Of a DNA stretch of 64,000 nucleotides, positions 25,212-35,838 are shown one piece after another. The notes under the pieces are model-generated. The model was not told the DNA's origin, did no database searches, and was given only the letters and a program-made list of their open reading frames with translations. The position numbers and the translations under genes are program-made. Numbering within the stretch: the stretch's first letter is position 1; each line of letters starts with the position of its first letter. The stretch is from positions 73,472,001 through 73,536,000 of the forward strand of contig NC_086108.1 of NCBI RefSeq assembly GCF_963921235.1, read 5' to 3'. The stretch comes from Mobula hypostoma (Eukaryota).

Positions 25212-25470
25212 TAAGAAAAGATGTGCTGGCATTGGAGGGGATCCCGAGGAGGTTCACAAGAGTGATTCCAGGAATGAAAGAGTTAATGTATAAGGAGCAC
25301 ATGTTGGCTCTGGGCCTGTACTCACTGGAGTTTACAAGAATGAGAGGGGAATCTCATTGAAACAAAACAAATACTGAAAGTCCTAGATATAGTAGATATG
25401 GAGAGAATGTTTCCTATAGTGGGGGAGTGTAGGACCAGATGGCACAGCCTCAGAATTGAGGAATATCTCT

Positions 25471-26165
25471 TTATTAGATTATTAGATTATGAGGACACGC
25501 AGTCCTCTTTTATTGTCATTTAGTAATGCATGCATTAAGAATTGATACAATTCCTCCAGAATGATATCACAGAAACACAAGACAAACCAAGACTAAAAAA
25601 AACTAGCAAAAACCACATAATTATAACATATAGTTACAACAGTGCAAGCAATACCGTCATTTGATAGAAGAACAGACCATGGGCACGGTAAAAAAAGTCT
25701 CAAAGTTTCTTCAAAGTCCCATCATCTCACGCAGGCAGTTGAAGGAAGAAAACTCTTCCTGCCATAAGCTTCCAGCGCCGCAAACTTGCCGATGCAGCAT
25801 CCTGGAAGCACCCAACCACAGTCTGACTCCAAGTCCGTACGAAAACTTCAAGCCTCCGACCAGCTCTCCGACACCGAGCACCGAGCACCATCTCTGCCGA
25901 GTGCTTCGACTCCGGCCCCGGCAACAGGCAATAGGCAAAGCCGAGGATTTGGGTCCTTCCCCTCTGGAGATTCTCGATTGCACAGTAGCAGCGGCAGCGA
26001 AGCAGGCATTTCAGAAGTTACTCCAGATGTTCCTTCGTGCATCTTCACGTCTGTCTCCATCAAATCAGGATTGTGCATGGCATCCTACTTCACAAATATG
26101 ATATCAATTCGGAGCGGCCACGCACGCTGCGTCGTGCCGCCATCTTCCCCTCCTCTCCTCTCCCC
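25471..26165 (-). mobile_element. Non-coding, CpG-rich non-autonomous LINE derivative
   Basis: Minus strand starts GGAAGATGGCGG and ends with AATAAA plus a (TAATCTAA)n tail. Inserted in CR1; no RT homology visible. Confidence 0.6.
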
Positions 26166-26712
26166 TTAGAACAGAGATGAGGAGGAATTTCTTTGGAGAG
26201 AGGGTGGTAAATCTGTGGAATTCATTGCCACAAACAACTATGAAGACCAAGTTATTGGGTATTTTTAAAGTGAAAGTTGGTAGGTTCTTGATTAGTCAGA
26301 GTGTCAAATGTTACCAAAAGAATGGGTTGAGAAGGATAATAAATCAACCTGAATGGAATGGCAGAGCAGACTCGATGGGCCAAATGGCCTAATTCGACTC
26401 CTCAGTTTTATGGTCTTATGGGTCTGATATTGAAAGTTAGTTAAATGAAAAATCATTTTGAACGTTTTTTTTCTAAGTGGTGTCCAATCATACATAGGTC
26501 ATCTGATGTTTCAAAACTAGGCCTACCACTATATAGAACCTCTTTTATCATCAGTTTTGTGTCCTGTTTTCACACGTGGTAACAGAAGCAAGATCAACAC
26601 TCTGAGCAAGATATTGAGAAGAGCAATAAAAGAGATCTCCCTGAAGATCCAGCCAGCAAAGAATTAAAACAGTTTTAACTTGCATGGAGAAAACATGCAG
26701 ATGTTCAATGGA

Positions 26713-26814
26713 AGGGTCCTGACGAAGGGTCTCAGCCTGAAACGTCGACTGTACCTCTTCCTAGAGATGCTGCCTGGCCTGCTGCATTCACTAGCAACTT
26801 TTATGTGTGTTGCT
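26713..26814 (+). mobile_element. Short Penelope-like pLTR piece with intact hammerhead core (26716-26750)
   Basis: GUC-CUGACGA-AGG-GUCUCAG-CCU-GAAAC-GUC-GAC. Degenerate 14-bp TSD AGATGTTCAATGGA / AGATGTCCAAAGGA. Confidence 0.8.
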
Positions 26815-27389
26815 AGATGTCCAAAGGATTTTCCTTCAAAGACTAAAGGACCAAGAGATTTTAGATGATAATAGAAGCTGATCATTTCCTGTCGCCAAGA
26901 AAACAATAAAATTTATTTCTGGTTATTAAAGAAATCATGTTTTGTAAAAGGAAAAATCACTTTGAAATTATTTGCCATCCTGGACCATCCTAGTGAGTTT
27001 GGTGAGAAATTGGCAATATACGTTAGAGCTTGAATTAACTCTTCTCGGGCTTCCAGCTGGGCACAGGTATTGATTAAACCAACATTTCAATGACAAACTT
27101 TGCCATCTTCTTTGGGGATTACATGTTAGCTTTGTTTCAAAAGTGCTTCTCTCACCAGAGAATGAGACTTAATCTTAATTGAAACTTTTGTGATCCATCA
27201 CAGGAATGGTGGAACTTTGGTATAGCCCATCATTTGGATGAGACAATAAACCAAAGCACCAAAGCAGCATCTTCCCTTTCCGATATTTGTAATTTTTTTT
27301 TTGCCAATGTTCAGCATTGATTGGATCTTCGGATTTTAACATATGTCTGCATACACTATGACTGCCTCATTTTCCCAACATGACTGCAA

Positions 27390-27592
27390 GCTTGTTGTAC
27401 AGGCAGACACATTAAGCACTTTTAAGAGACACTTTAACAGGCACATGAATATGAAGGAAATGGAAGGGTATGGAAATTGTGTAGGCAGAAGGGATTAGAT
27501 GAGTTGGCCATATGATTACTAATTTAATTGGTTCGGTACCCCACTGAGGGTTGAAGAGCCTGTTTCTGTGTTGGACTGTTCTATGTTCTGTG
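27390..27592 (+). mobile_element. Old CR1 3' end
   Basis: 'gcagacacattaagcacttttaagagacactttaacaggcacatgaat..gttctatgttctg'. Confidence 0.7.
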
Positions 27593-27637
27593 TAATATGA
27601 AATTTAATTTATGTAGGTCCTTCCACAACTCATCTTA

Positions 27638-30487
27638 TTAGAACATAGAACATAGAATAGTACAGCACAGTACAGGCCCTTCGGCCCACAATGTTGTGCC
27701 GACCCTCAAACCCTGCCTCCCATATGCCCCCACCTTAGATTCCTCCATATACCTGTCTAGTAGTCTCTTAAACTTCACGAATGTATCTGCCTCCACCACT
27801 GACTCAGGCAGTGCATTCCACGCACCAACCACTCTCTGAGTAAAAAACCTCCCTCTAATATCCCTCTTGAACTTCCCACCCCTTACCTTAAAGCCATGTC
27901 CTCTTGTATTGAGCAGTGGTGCCCTGGGGAAGAGGCACTGGCTGTCCACTCTATCTATTCCTCTTATTATCTTATACACCTCTATCATGTCTCCTCTCAT
28001 CCTCCTTCTCTCCAAAGAGTAAAGCCCTAGCTCCCTTAATCTCTGATCATAATGCATTCTTTCTAAACCAGGCAGCATCCTGGTAAATCTCCTCTGTACC
28101 CTTTCCAATGCTTCCACATCCTTCCTATAGTGAGGTGACCAGAACTGGACACAGTACTCCAAATGTGGCCTAACCAGAGTTTTATAGAGCTGCATCATTA
28201 CATCGCGACTCTTAAACTCTATCCCTCGACTTATGAAAGCTAACACCCCATAAGCTTTCTCAACTACCCTATCCACCTGTGAGGCAACTTTCAGGGATCT
28301 GTGGACATGTACCCCGAGATCCCTCTGCTCCTCCACACTACCAAGTATCCTGCCATTTACTTTGTACTCTGCCTTGGAGTTTCTCCTTCCAAAGTGTACC
28401 ACCTCACACTTCTCCAGGTTGAACTCCATCTGCCACTTCTCAGCCTGCTTCTGCATCCTAACAATGTCTCTCTGCAACCTTTGACAATTCTCTACACTAT
28501 CTACAACACCACCAACCTTTGTGTCGTCTGCAAACTTGCCAACCCACCCTTCTACCCCCACATCCAGGTCGTTAATAAAAATCACGATAAGTAGAGGTCC
28601 CAGAACCGATCCTTGTGGGACACCACTAGTCACAATCCTCCAATCTGAATGTACTCCCTCCACCACCACCCTCTGCCTTCTGCAGGCCAGCCAATTCTGA
28701 ATCCACCTGGCCAAATTTCTCTGGATCCCATGCCTTATAACTTTCTGAATAAGCCTACCATGTGGAACCTTGTCAAATGCCTTACTAAAATCCATATAGA
28801 TCACATCCACTGCACTACCCTCATCTATATGCCTGGTCACCTCCTCAAAGAACTCTATCAGGCTTGTTAGACACGATCTGCCCTTCACAAAGCCATGCTG
28901 ACTGTCCCTGATCAGACCAAGATTCTCTAAATGCCTATAGATCCTATCTCTAAGAATCTTTTCCAACAGATTTCCCACCACAGACGTAAGGCTCACTGGT
29001 CTATAATTACCCAGACTATCCTTACTACCTTTTTTGAACAAGGGAACAACATTCGCCTCCCTCCAATCCTCCGGTACCATTCCCATGGACAACGAGGACA
29101 TAAAGATCCTAGCCAGAGGCTCAGCAGTCTCTTCTCTTGCCTCGTGGAGCAGCCTGGGGAATATTCTGTCAGGTCCTGGGGACTTATCTGTCCTAATGTA
29201 TTTTAACAACTCCAACACCACCTCTCCCTTAATATCAACATGCTCCAGAACATCAACCTCACTCATATTGTCCTCACCATCATCAAGTTCCCTCTCATTG
29301 GTGAATACCGAAGAGAAGTATTCATTGAGGACCTCGCTCACTTCCACAGCCTCCAGGCACATCTTCCCATCTTTATCTCCAATCAGTCCTACCTTCACTC
29401 CTGTCATCCTTTTTTTCTTCACATAATTGAAGAATGCCTTGGGGTTTTCATTTACCCTACTCGCCAAGGCCTTCTCATGCCCCCTTCTTGCTCTTCTCAG
29501 CACCTTCTTAAGCTTCTTTCTTGCTTCCCTATACTCCTCAATAGACCCAGCTGATCCTTGCTTCCTAAACCTCATGTATGCTGCCTTCTTCCACCTGACT
29601 AGATTTTCCACCTCACTTGTCACCCATGGTTCCTTCACCCTACCATTCTTTATCTTCCTCAGCGGGACAAATTTATCCCTTACATCCCGCAAGAGATCTC
29701 TAAACATCGACCACATGTCCATAGTATATTTCCCTGCAAAAACATCATCCCAATTCACACCCGCAAATTCTAGCCTTATAGTCTCATAATTTGCCCTTCC
29801 CCAATTAAAAATTTTCCTGTCCTCTTTGATTCTATCCTTTTCCATGATAGTTATAAAGGCCAGAGAGCGGTGGTCACTGTCCCCCAGATGCTCACCCACT
29901 GAGAGATCTGTGACCTGACCCGGTTCATTACCTAGTACTAGATTTAGTATGGCATTCCCCCTGGTCGGCCTGTCCACATACTGTGACAGGAATCCATCCT
30001 GGACACACTTAACAAACTCTGCCCCATCTAAACCCTTGGAACTAATCAGGTGCCAATCAACATTAGGGAAGTTAAAGTCACCCATGATAACAACCCTGTT
30101 ATTTTTGCACCTTTCCAAAATCTGCCTCCCAATCTGCTCCTCTGTATCTTTGCTGCTACCAGGGGGCCTATAGAATACCCCTAGTAGAGTAACTGCTCCC
30201 TTCCTGTTCCTGACTTCCACCCATATTGACTCAAAAGAGGTTCCTGCTACATTACCCACCCTTTCTGTAGCTGTAATAGTATCCCTGACAAGTAATGCCA
30301 CCCCTCCTCCCCTTTTTCCACCCTCTCTATCCCTTTTAAAGCACTGAAATCCAGGAATATTGAGAATCCATTCCTGCCCTTGTGCCAGCCAAGTCTCTGT
30401 AATGGCCACTACATCATAATTCCATGTATGTATCCAAGCTCTCAGTTCATCACCTTTGCTCCTGATGCTTCTTGCATTGAGGTACAT
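27638..30487 (-). CDS. CR1 ORF2 protein (APE endonuclease plus reverse transcriptase), uninterrupted 949 codons
   Basis: YLNARS, AITETW, GDFN, SDH (endonuclease); QHGF, DFSKAFD, GVPQGSVLGP, FADD (RT). No internal stops. Confidence 0.9.
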   Translation of the reverse strand: MYLNARSIRSKGDELRAWIHTWNYDVVAITETWLAQGQEWILNIPGFQCFKRDREGGKRGGGVALLVRDTITATERVGNVAGTSFESIWVEVRNRKGAVTLLGVFYRPPGSSKDTEEQIGRQILERCKNNRVVIMGDFNFPNVDWHLISSKGLDGAEFVKCVQDGFLSQYVDRPTRGNAILNLVLGNEPGQVTDLSVGEHLGDSDHRSLAFITIMEKDRIKEDRKIFNWGRANYETIRLEFAGVNWDDVFAGKYTMDMWSMFRDLLRDVRDKFVPLRKIKNGRVKEPWVTSEVENLVRWKKAAYMRFRKQGSAGSIEEYREARKKLKKVLRRARRGHEKALASRVNENPKAFFNYVKKKRMTGVKVGLIGDKDGKMCLEAVEVSEVLNEYFSSVFTNERELDDGEDNMSEVDVLEHVDIKGEVVLELLKYIRTDKSPGPDRIFPRLLHEAREETAEPLARIFMSSLSMGMVPEDWREANVVPLFKKGSKDSLGNYRPVSLTSVVGNLLEKILRDRIYRHLENLGLIRDSQHGFVKGRSCLTSLIEFFEEVTRHIDEGSAVDVIYMDFSKAFDKVPHGRLIQKVIRHGIQRNLARWIQNWLACRRQRVVVEGVHSDWRIVTSGVPQGSVLGPLLIVIFINDLDVGVEGWVGKFADDTKVGGVVDSVENCQRLQRDIVRMQKQAEKWQMEFNLEKCEVVHFGRRNSKAEYKVNGRILGSVEEQRDLGVHVHRSLKVASQVDRVVEKAYGVLAFISRGIEFKSRDVMMQLYKTLVRPHLEYCVQFWSPHYRKDVEALERVQRRFTRMLPGLERMHYDQRLRELGLYSLERRRMRGDMIEVYKIIRGIDRVDSQCLFPRAPLLNTRGHGFKVRGGKFKRDIRGRFFTQRVVGAWNALPESVVEADTFVKFKRLLDRYMEESKVGAYGRQGLRVGTTLWAEGPVLCCTILCSMF

Positions 30488-30500
30488 ACATTTCAGCCCT

Positions 30501-30737
30501 CAACAGGAATTCTGCAGATGCTGGAAATTCAAGCAACACACATAAAAGTTGCTGGTGAACGCAGCAGGCCAGGCAGCATCTCTAGGAAGAGGTGCAGTCG
30601 ACGTTTCAGGCCGAGACCCTTCATCAAGGTCCTGACTAGTCCTGACGAAGGGTCTCGGCCTGAAACGTCGACTGCACCTCTTCCTGGAGATGCTGCCTGG
30701 CCTGCTGCGTTCACCAGCAACTTTTATGTGTGTTGCT
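30501..30737 (-). mobile_element. Fold-back Penelope-like element with perfect 14-bp TSD, inside the CR1 ORF2 5' region
   Basis: TSD TACATTTCAGCCCT at 30487-30500 and 30738-30751; near-perfect inverted arms of ~95 bp. Confidence 0.9.
30638..30673 (+). ncRNA. Minimal type I hammerhead ribozyme motif
   Basis: AGUC-CUGACGA-AGG-GUCUCGG-CCU-GAAAC-GUC^GACU. The mirror copy on the minus strand (~30596-30628) has a UUGAUGA core. Confidence 0.75.
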
Positions 30738-32326
30738 TACATTTCAGCCCTTCTACCTTACTGCCTTTACACCGTTTATTCTGCTTCTCTTTCCTCAAAA
30801 CCTCTCTGTATGTTAGATCTGGCTTTACTCCATGTACTTCTTTCACTGCTCTATTGCTCTGGGTCCCATCCCCCTCGCAAATTAGTTTAAACCCTCCCGA
30901 ACCATGCTAGCAAACCTACCTGCAAGGATATTGCTCCCCCTCGAGTTCAGGTGCAACCCATCCAATCTGTACAGGTCCCACCTTCCCCAGAAGAGATCCC
31001 AATGATCTAAAAATCTAAAACCCTGCTCCCTGCACTAAAGCACCTCACACCCAGTGAAACAACAGTTTTGTCCAGTTCTTCTTTTCTATCTCAGGATTGA
31101 GGATAACTTCCTATCTGGCTTTGTGAGTTATGATGTGACAAAACAGACCAATGTAGGAATTCCAGATTCTTCCACAGATAGGCCAAGAAGTGTCTGATGG
31201 GGTGAGTGAACTGTTTGTAAGATGGTATGCTCATCCCACTGTTTACACTGGGCATGTGTGTTCTCCAGATGGATAGATATGAGCCTCCCTGTGCCAAAAT
31301 TCCTGTCCATGGACACATAGCCAGAGAATCCCAGAAGTCAGACTTTAAGTAAATCCCCAGATCTGTTTCTAGTCTACACAGTAAATTTACCCAAATGCAT
31401 AGGACTGAACATTTAAATTTCCTCTAAAATTTGTCATTATATTTCTTGATCGAGATTTTTTCTTCTTGGAGAATAATCTTTTACCTACAGTGAGTTGTTG
31501 CACAGAAGATTTGAGTAATTTGGGCCCCATGTAGTTAAAATACCATTGTATATCCATACATTCATATGTATGTTTTCTTTGATACCAATCAATGCAATTT
31601 GCTTTGGGTTAATCCTGGCTGCCCTTGCTTAATTGTAAATTTAATCCCTTTGGAATGGTGTCATCCAGCTGCATTAAAAGTGCTGTGGATAATAGAAACC
31701 TTCAGCACTTTCAGAAAGTTGAAATTTGTAAAGAGTGGATGCAACACAAGTTCTTTTTCAGTAAAACTTGAATAAAACAGACTCATAATTACACCATAAC
31801 ATTGGAAGTAGAAAATCCTGAATACATGTGCTGATCTAGAAGGAATTCCCAAGAAATGGATTACAAGTCTTTCTGAGGCTGCCTGGTAACAATAACAACA
31901 AAATCTTATTAAATTCAACTTAATAAAAAAGGGAAAAAAACTCATTGTGGTTAGTGTTTCAGTAGAGATAAACAGAGTTGAATTTCTATCTCATTTTAAG
32001 AAGCAGCCTGCAATAACTTGCAATATACGCTTTGTGGCCACATCATTAAGTACCTCACGTCCCTAATAAAGTGACCAATAAGTTTATGCCCATGGTCCAT
32101 ATTGTGCATCTCCACACTACTATTGCAATGCATGTTTATTTGAGTGACTGCCTCCTTCCAGTGGGTTTAAACCAGTCTGGCCATTCTCTTTGGACCTCTC
32201 TCATTAACAAAGCATTTTCACCCATGGAACTGCCGCTCACTGGATTTTTTTTTGTTGTTTGTTTGTTTTACACCATTCTCTGTAATCTCTAGAGACTGTT
32301 GTGTGTGAAAATCCCAGAAAATCCCA

Positions 32327-33036
32327 TGACAGAAAGGATGTGGATACTATAGAGAGAGTGCAGAGGAGGTTTACAAGGATGTTGCCTGGATTGAAGGGTG
32401 TACCTTATGAGAATAGGTTGAGTGAACTTGGAGTGACAGAGGATGAGAGGTGACCTGACAGAGGTGTATAAGGTCTGTGGCCATCGAGCATGCAGCTCCT
32501 CCTGTGGAGGGTCAGACACCCTGAGCCAAATAGACTGGTCCTGGACTTATTTTCCATCTGGCATAGTTTGCATTTTGTTGTTCATTTGTTGGGGTTTTTT
32601 TGTATTGCTATATTTACACTCTATTCTTGGTTGGTGCGGCTGTAATGAAACCAAATTTCCCTCAGGATTAATAAAGTACATCTATCTATCTATAAGATGA
32701 TGAGGGGCATCGATCGTGTGGATAACCAGAGGCTTTTTCCCAAGGCTGAAATGGCTAACATGAGGGGGTATGGTTTTAAGGTGCTTGGAAATAGGGGATG
32801 TCAGAGGTAAGCTTTTCACAGAGTGTAGTGGGTGCGTGGAATGCACTGCCAGCGGCGATGGTGGAAGCGGATACAATGGGGTCTTTTAAGAACTTCTTAG
32901 ATAGGTACATGGAGCTCAGAAAAATAGAGGGATATGTACTGGGGAAATTCTAGGCAGTCTCTAGAGTAGGTTACATGGTCGGCACAACATTGCAGGCCAA
33001 AGGGCCTGTAATGTGCTGTAAATTTCTATGTTCTAA
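32327..33036 (+). mobile_element. CR1 3' fragment inside the Tc1-like element
   Basis: RKDVDTIERVQRRFTRMLPGL..MRGDLTEVYK|MMRGIDRVD; ends in an 'tttctatgttcta' tail. Confidence 0.85.
32473..32690 (+). mobile_element. Rex1 3' end inside CR1
   Basis: Homologous to 5455-5640; (CTAT)n tail; TATAAG duplicated at 32467-72 and 32691-96. Confidence 0.85.
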
Positions 33037-34579
33037 GATGCAATTTCTAAGAGACTCAAACCACACTGTTTGGGACTAACAATCATTTTATGGTCAAAGA
33101 TACTTAGATCACATTTCTCCCCCATTCAAATATTTGGTCTGAACCTCTTGACCATGTCTGCATGCTTTTAAACATGGAGTTGCTGTCACATGCTTGTCTG
33201 ATTAGATATTTGCATTAACGAGCAGGTGTACAGGAGTACCTAATAAAGTGGCCACTGAGTGCGTTTCTGCTTAGCTGGCTTTTATAATTAATGACAAAAG
33301 CAACAATTTTGACCGGACTTCATTCCTTAGACCTAATAATTAGTAACAAAGAGGAAGTCTTTATCACAGAATTTGCTGGAAGAATATTTTGTAAAGTACA
33401 TGGTTAATTTAGCTTTCTGCTCACAGTTTAATCCACAAATTTGAGAGGAAATTACAGGACAAAAGGACATTTGCTTCACCAAAAAGTGTTAAAATTTGAG
33501 TGATGAATGCTGGAAACTTTGACTAAGTGAAACAGAGAAGATAAATTTTATCACAAAGTAGACACAAAAGGCAAAGTAAAAAGTAAAGAATAGACAAGAA
33601 AGCAGAAAAATAAAGAAAAAACATATTTTACCCTTTTAAAATTCTTTTGATTGTTTGCTGTAAGGATATGAGAAATAGATTGGCAGAAGTTATCTCTTAA
33701 CATGTTGTTCAAATCAAACCTAGCCTGTTTGATGCTAGATACACACACACATTTAAACTACAATTACTAAAACATACAAAAACTTCATGAACCTCATAGG
33801 CTGAGATGTGATGTTCACAAAACTAATGGCAGACAGTACAAATCTCCCAGTAACTTATGATCCAAATTTCACCGTGTCTCACCACCTCACCACGAGTGAT
33901 AACTGGTGTGTACATTAATAAGAGTGTCTATTACTCATTCAAAGTTGTCTTTACAACAAACCCTGGACCATCAACCAATCCCAAGCATTTCATGCTATTC
34001 TGATATAATAGTCCCCAGTGGATACTTGAGCCACTGAAAATGAAACTGCTCATTATGCAAGTTCTACCCATTGCTCTTATCAGTAAAGTTGTTTCTTTTA
34101 ATATTCATGTAAAGGGAAGAATGATCTGTAAGAAATAACTTGTGCATTCATATAGTTTGATAAAACACTAGGTTATGTTTTAAATATGCTTCATTTCACG
34201 ACTGCTTTTTGGTCTGCCTACCCTTCAAAGAAAAAAAAGCAACATATGGCAACTTTAGCAATAATATGTTAGCCAGTAGGTGCAGCACAAATTCACTGCT
34301 ATCGCTTTAGTAAACTAAAGTACAAAGTGTATGCTGGATAATATAAGGGACAGCTTAAAGGAGTAATCAAGAATCCTCAACCCAAAAGATTATCCAGAAG
34401 ATTTAAAGAAATTGCAGCAGTGGAAATACTAGATGTTTATCAGGAAATGTAAGCCCACGAGAGTGGTGGTGGGAAACTTACCATGGGCATTCTCCTGAAT
34501 CAAATGAAACCTCTGAGTATAATACCAATAGCAGGAATCTCTTGAATTACATTAGACACAAACAAATAAGAACATTGAA

Positions 34580-34905
34580 TTGTGGGGTAGATAGAGTCTT
34601 TCTCCTAGAGTGGAAATGTCAACTACCAGAAGGCATAGTTCTAAGGTGAGAGAAGGAAATTTTAATGAATATGGGCGAGACAAGTTTTTTTTTATGCAGT
34701 AGGTGCTTGGAATGTACAATCAAGGGAGCTAATGGAAACAGATATAATAGCAATGTTTCAGAAGCATTTATACAGACATATGAAGAGATGAAGAGGAGGG
34801 AATGGAGGGATGTAAAGCATGTGCAGGCAGATGGGACTATTTTAATTGGGCATCATAGTTGCAACAGACATTGTGGACTCTACTGTTCTGTGTTCCATAT
34901 TTTGT
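34580..34905 (+). mobile_element. Old CR1 3' end
   Basis: 'tttctcctagagtggaaatgtcaactaccagaaggcatagttctaaggtgag..gtaggtgcttggaatg' followed by a CR1 3' UTR. Confidence 0.65.
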
Positions 34906-35017
34906 AATAATCAGTATAACATCTACCTGATAGGAATTTCTACCATGCAGCATTAGAATAATTCATTTTCAATGTGCTGAAAATATTGATATATATCTAA
35001 GTTATATTTTGAATTAA

Positions 35018-35838
35018 AAACATGAGAAATTTTCCAGATACTGGAAATCCAAAGTAACACACACAAAATGCTGAAGGAACTCAGCATCCATGGAAGTAAG
35101 AAAAAACAGTCAACATTTTGGGCCAAGACTCTTCTTCAGGACGGGAATGGAAGGGGAAGACACCAGAATAAAAAGGTAGGGGAAGGGGAAGGAGAACAGC
35201 TAGAAGGTGATAGGAAAGGAGAGTGGACCATAGGAGAAAGGGAAGGAGGAAGGAACCCAGGGGGAGGTGATAGGCAGGTGAGAAGAGGAAAGAGGCCAGA
35301 GTGAGGAATAGAAGAAGAGGGGAGATGAATGGAATTTTTTTTACTGGAAGGAGAATTCAATCGGGTTGGAGGCTACCTATACAGAATGTAAGGTGTTGCT
35401 CCTCCACCCTGAGGGTGGCCTGGTCGTGGCGCAAGAAAAGGCCATGGACTGACATGTCGTAACAGGAACGGGAATGGGGATTAAAATGTTTGGCGACTGG
35501 GAAGTTTCGCTTTTGGCGGATAGAGCACAGGTGCCTGACGAAGTGTTACACCTGCTCTTTCACCTCCTCCCTCATCCCCATTCAGTCCTGCAACACTTCA
35601 CCTGTGAATCTATTGTGGTCGGCGCTCGCGACGCAGCCTATTCTACATTGATGAGACTCATCATAAATTGGGAGACCCTCCTAGCTATCCTCATTCCCCT
35701 CCTCCCACCTTTATATTCTGGTATCTTCTCCCTTTTCCCCTATGCTGAAGAAGGGTCTCAGCCTGAAACATTGACTGTTAATTCATTTCCATTGATGCTG
35801 CCTGGCCTGCTAAGTTCCTCCTGCATTTTGTGTGTGTT
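35018..35838 (-). mobile_element. Penelope-like element 3' fragment (GIY-YIG remnant) with inverted 5' segment and inverted pLTR
   Basis: Minus strand gives HFNP..DMSVHGL..ATLRVEEQHL.F..GSLQP. Plus strand 35585-35680 gives QHFTCES..FYIDET..LGD (GIY-YIG N-part). pLTRs at both ends in opposite orientation. Confidence 0.8.

Larger units (their letters stand above)
24826..26425 (+). mobile_element. CR1 3' fragment interrupted by two younger insertions
   Basis: WAPYLR|KDVLALEGIPRRFTRVIPGM..LGLYSLEF..; resumes at ~26166 with MRRNFFGERVVNLWNSLP; tail at ~26420. Confidence 0.8.
27639..31035 (-). mobile_element. CR1 LINE, 5'-truncated within ORF1, young
   Basis: ORF1 esterase end (DGLHLN..EGLN*) at ~30882-31035, ORF2, and a (TTCTATG)n tail at ~27640-27660. 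Confidence 0.95.
32027..33263. mobile_element. Tc1-like non-autonomous DNA transposon remnant hosting a nested CR1 and Rex1
   Basis: Degenerate TIRs 'acgctttgtggccacatcattaagtacct' and 'gtacctaataaagtggccactgagtg' (consensus CACTCAGTGGCCACTTTATTAGGTAC). Confidence 0.7.

Noticed and set aside
28301..30173. Plus-strand ORFs of 70-130 aa opposite CR1 ORF2 (also 45205-45720, 46780-47184, 50168-50686)
   Set aside because: Antisense shadow ORFs of LINE coding sequence.
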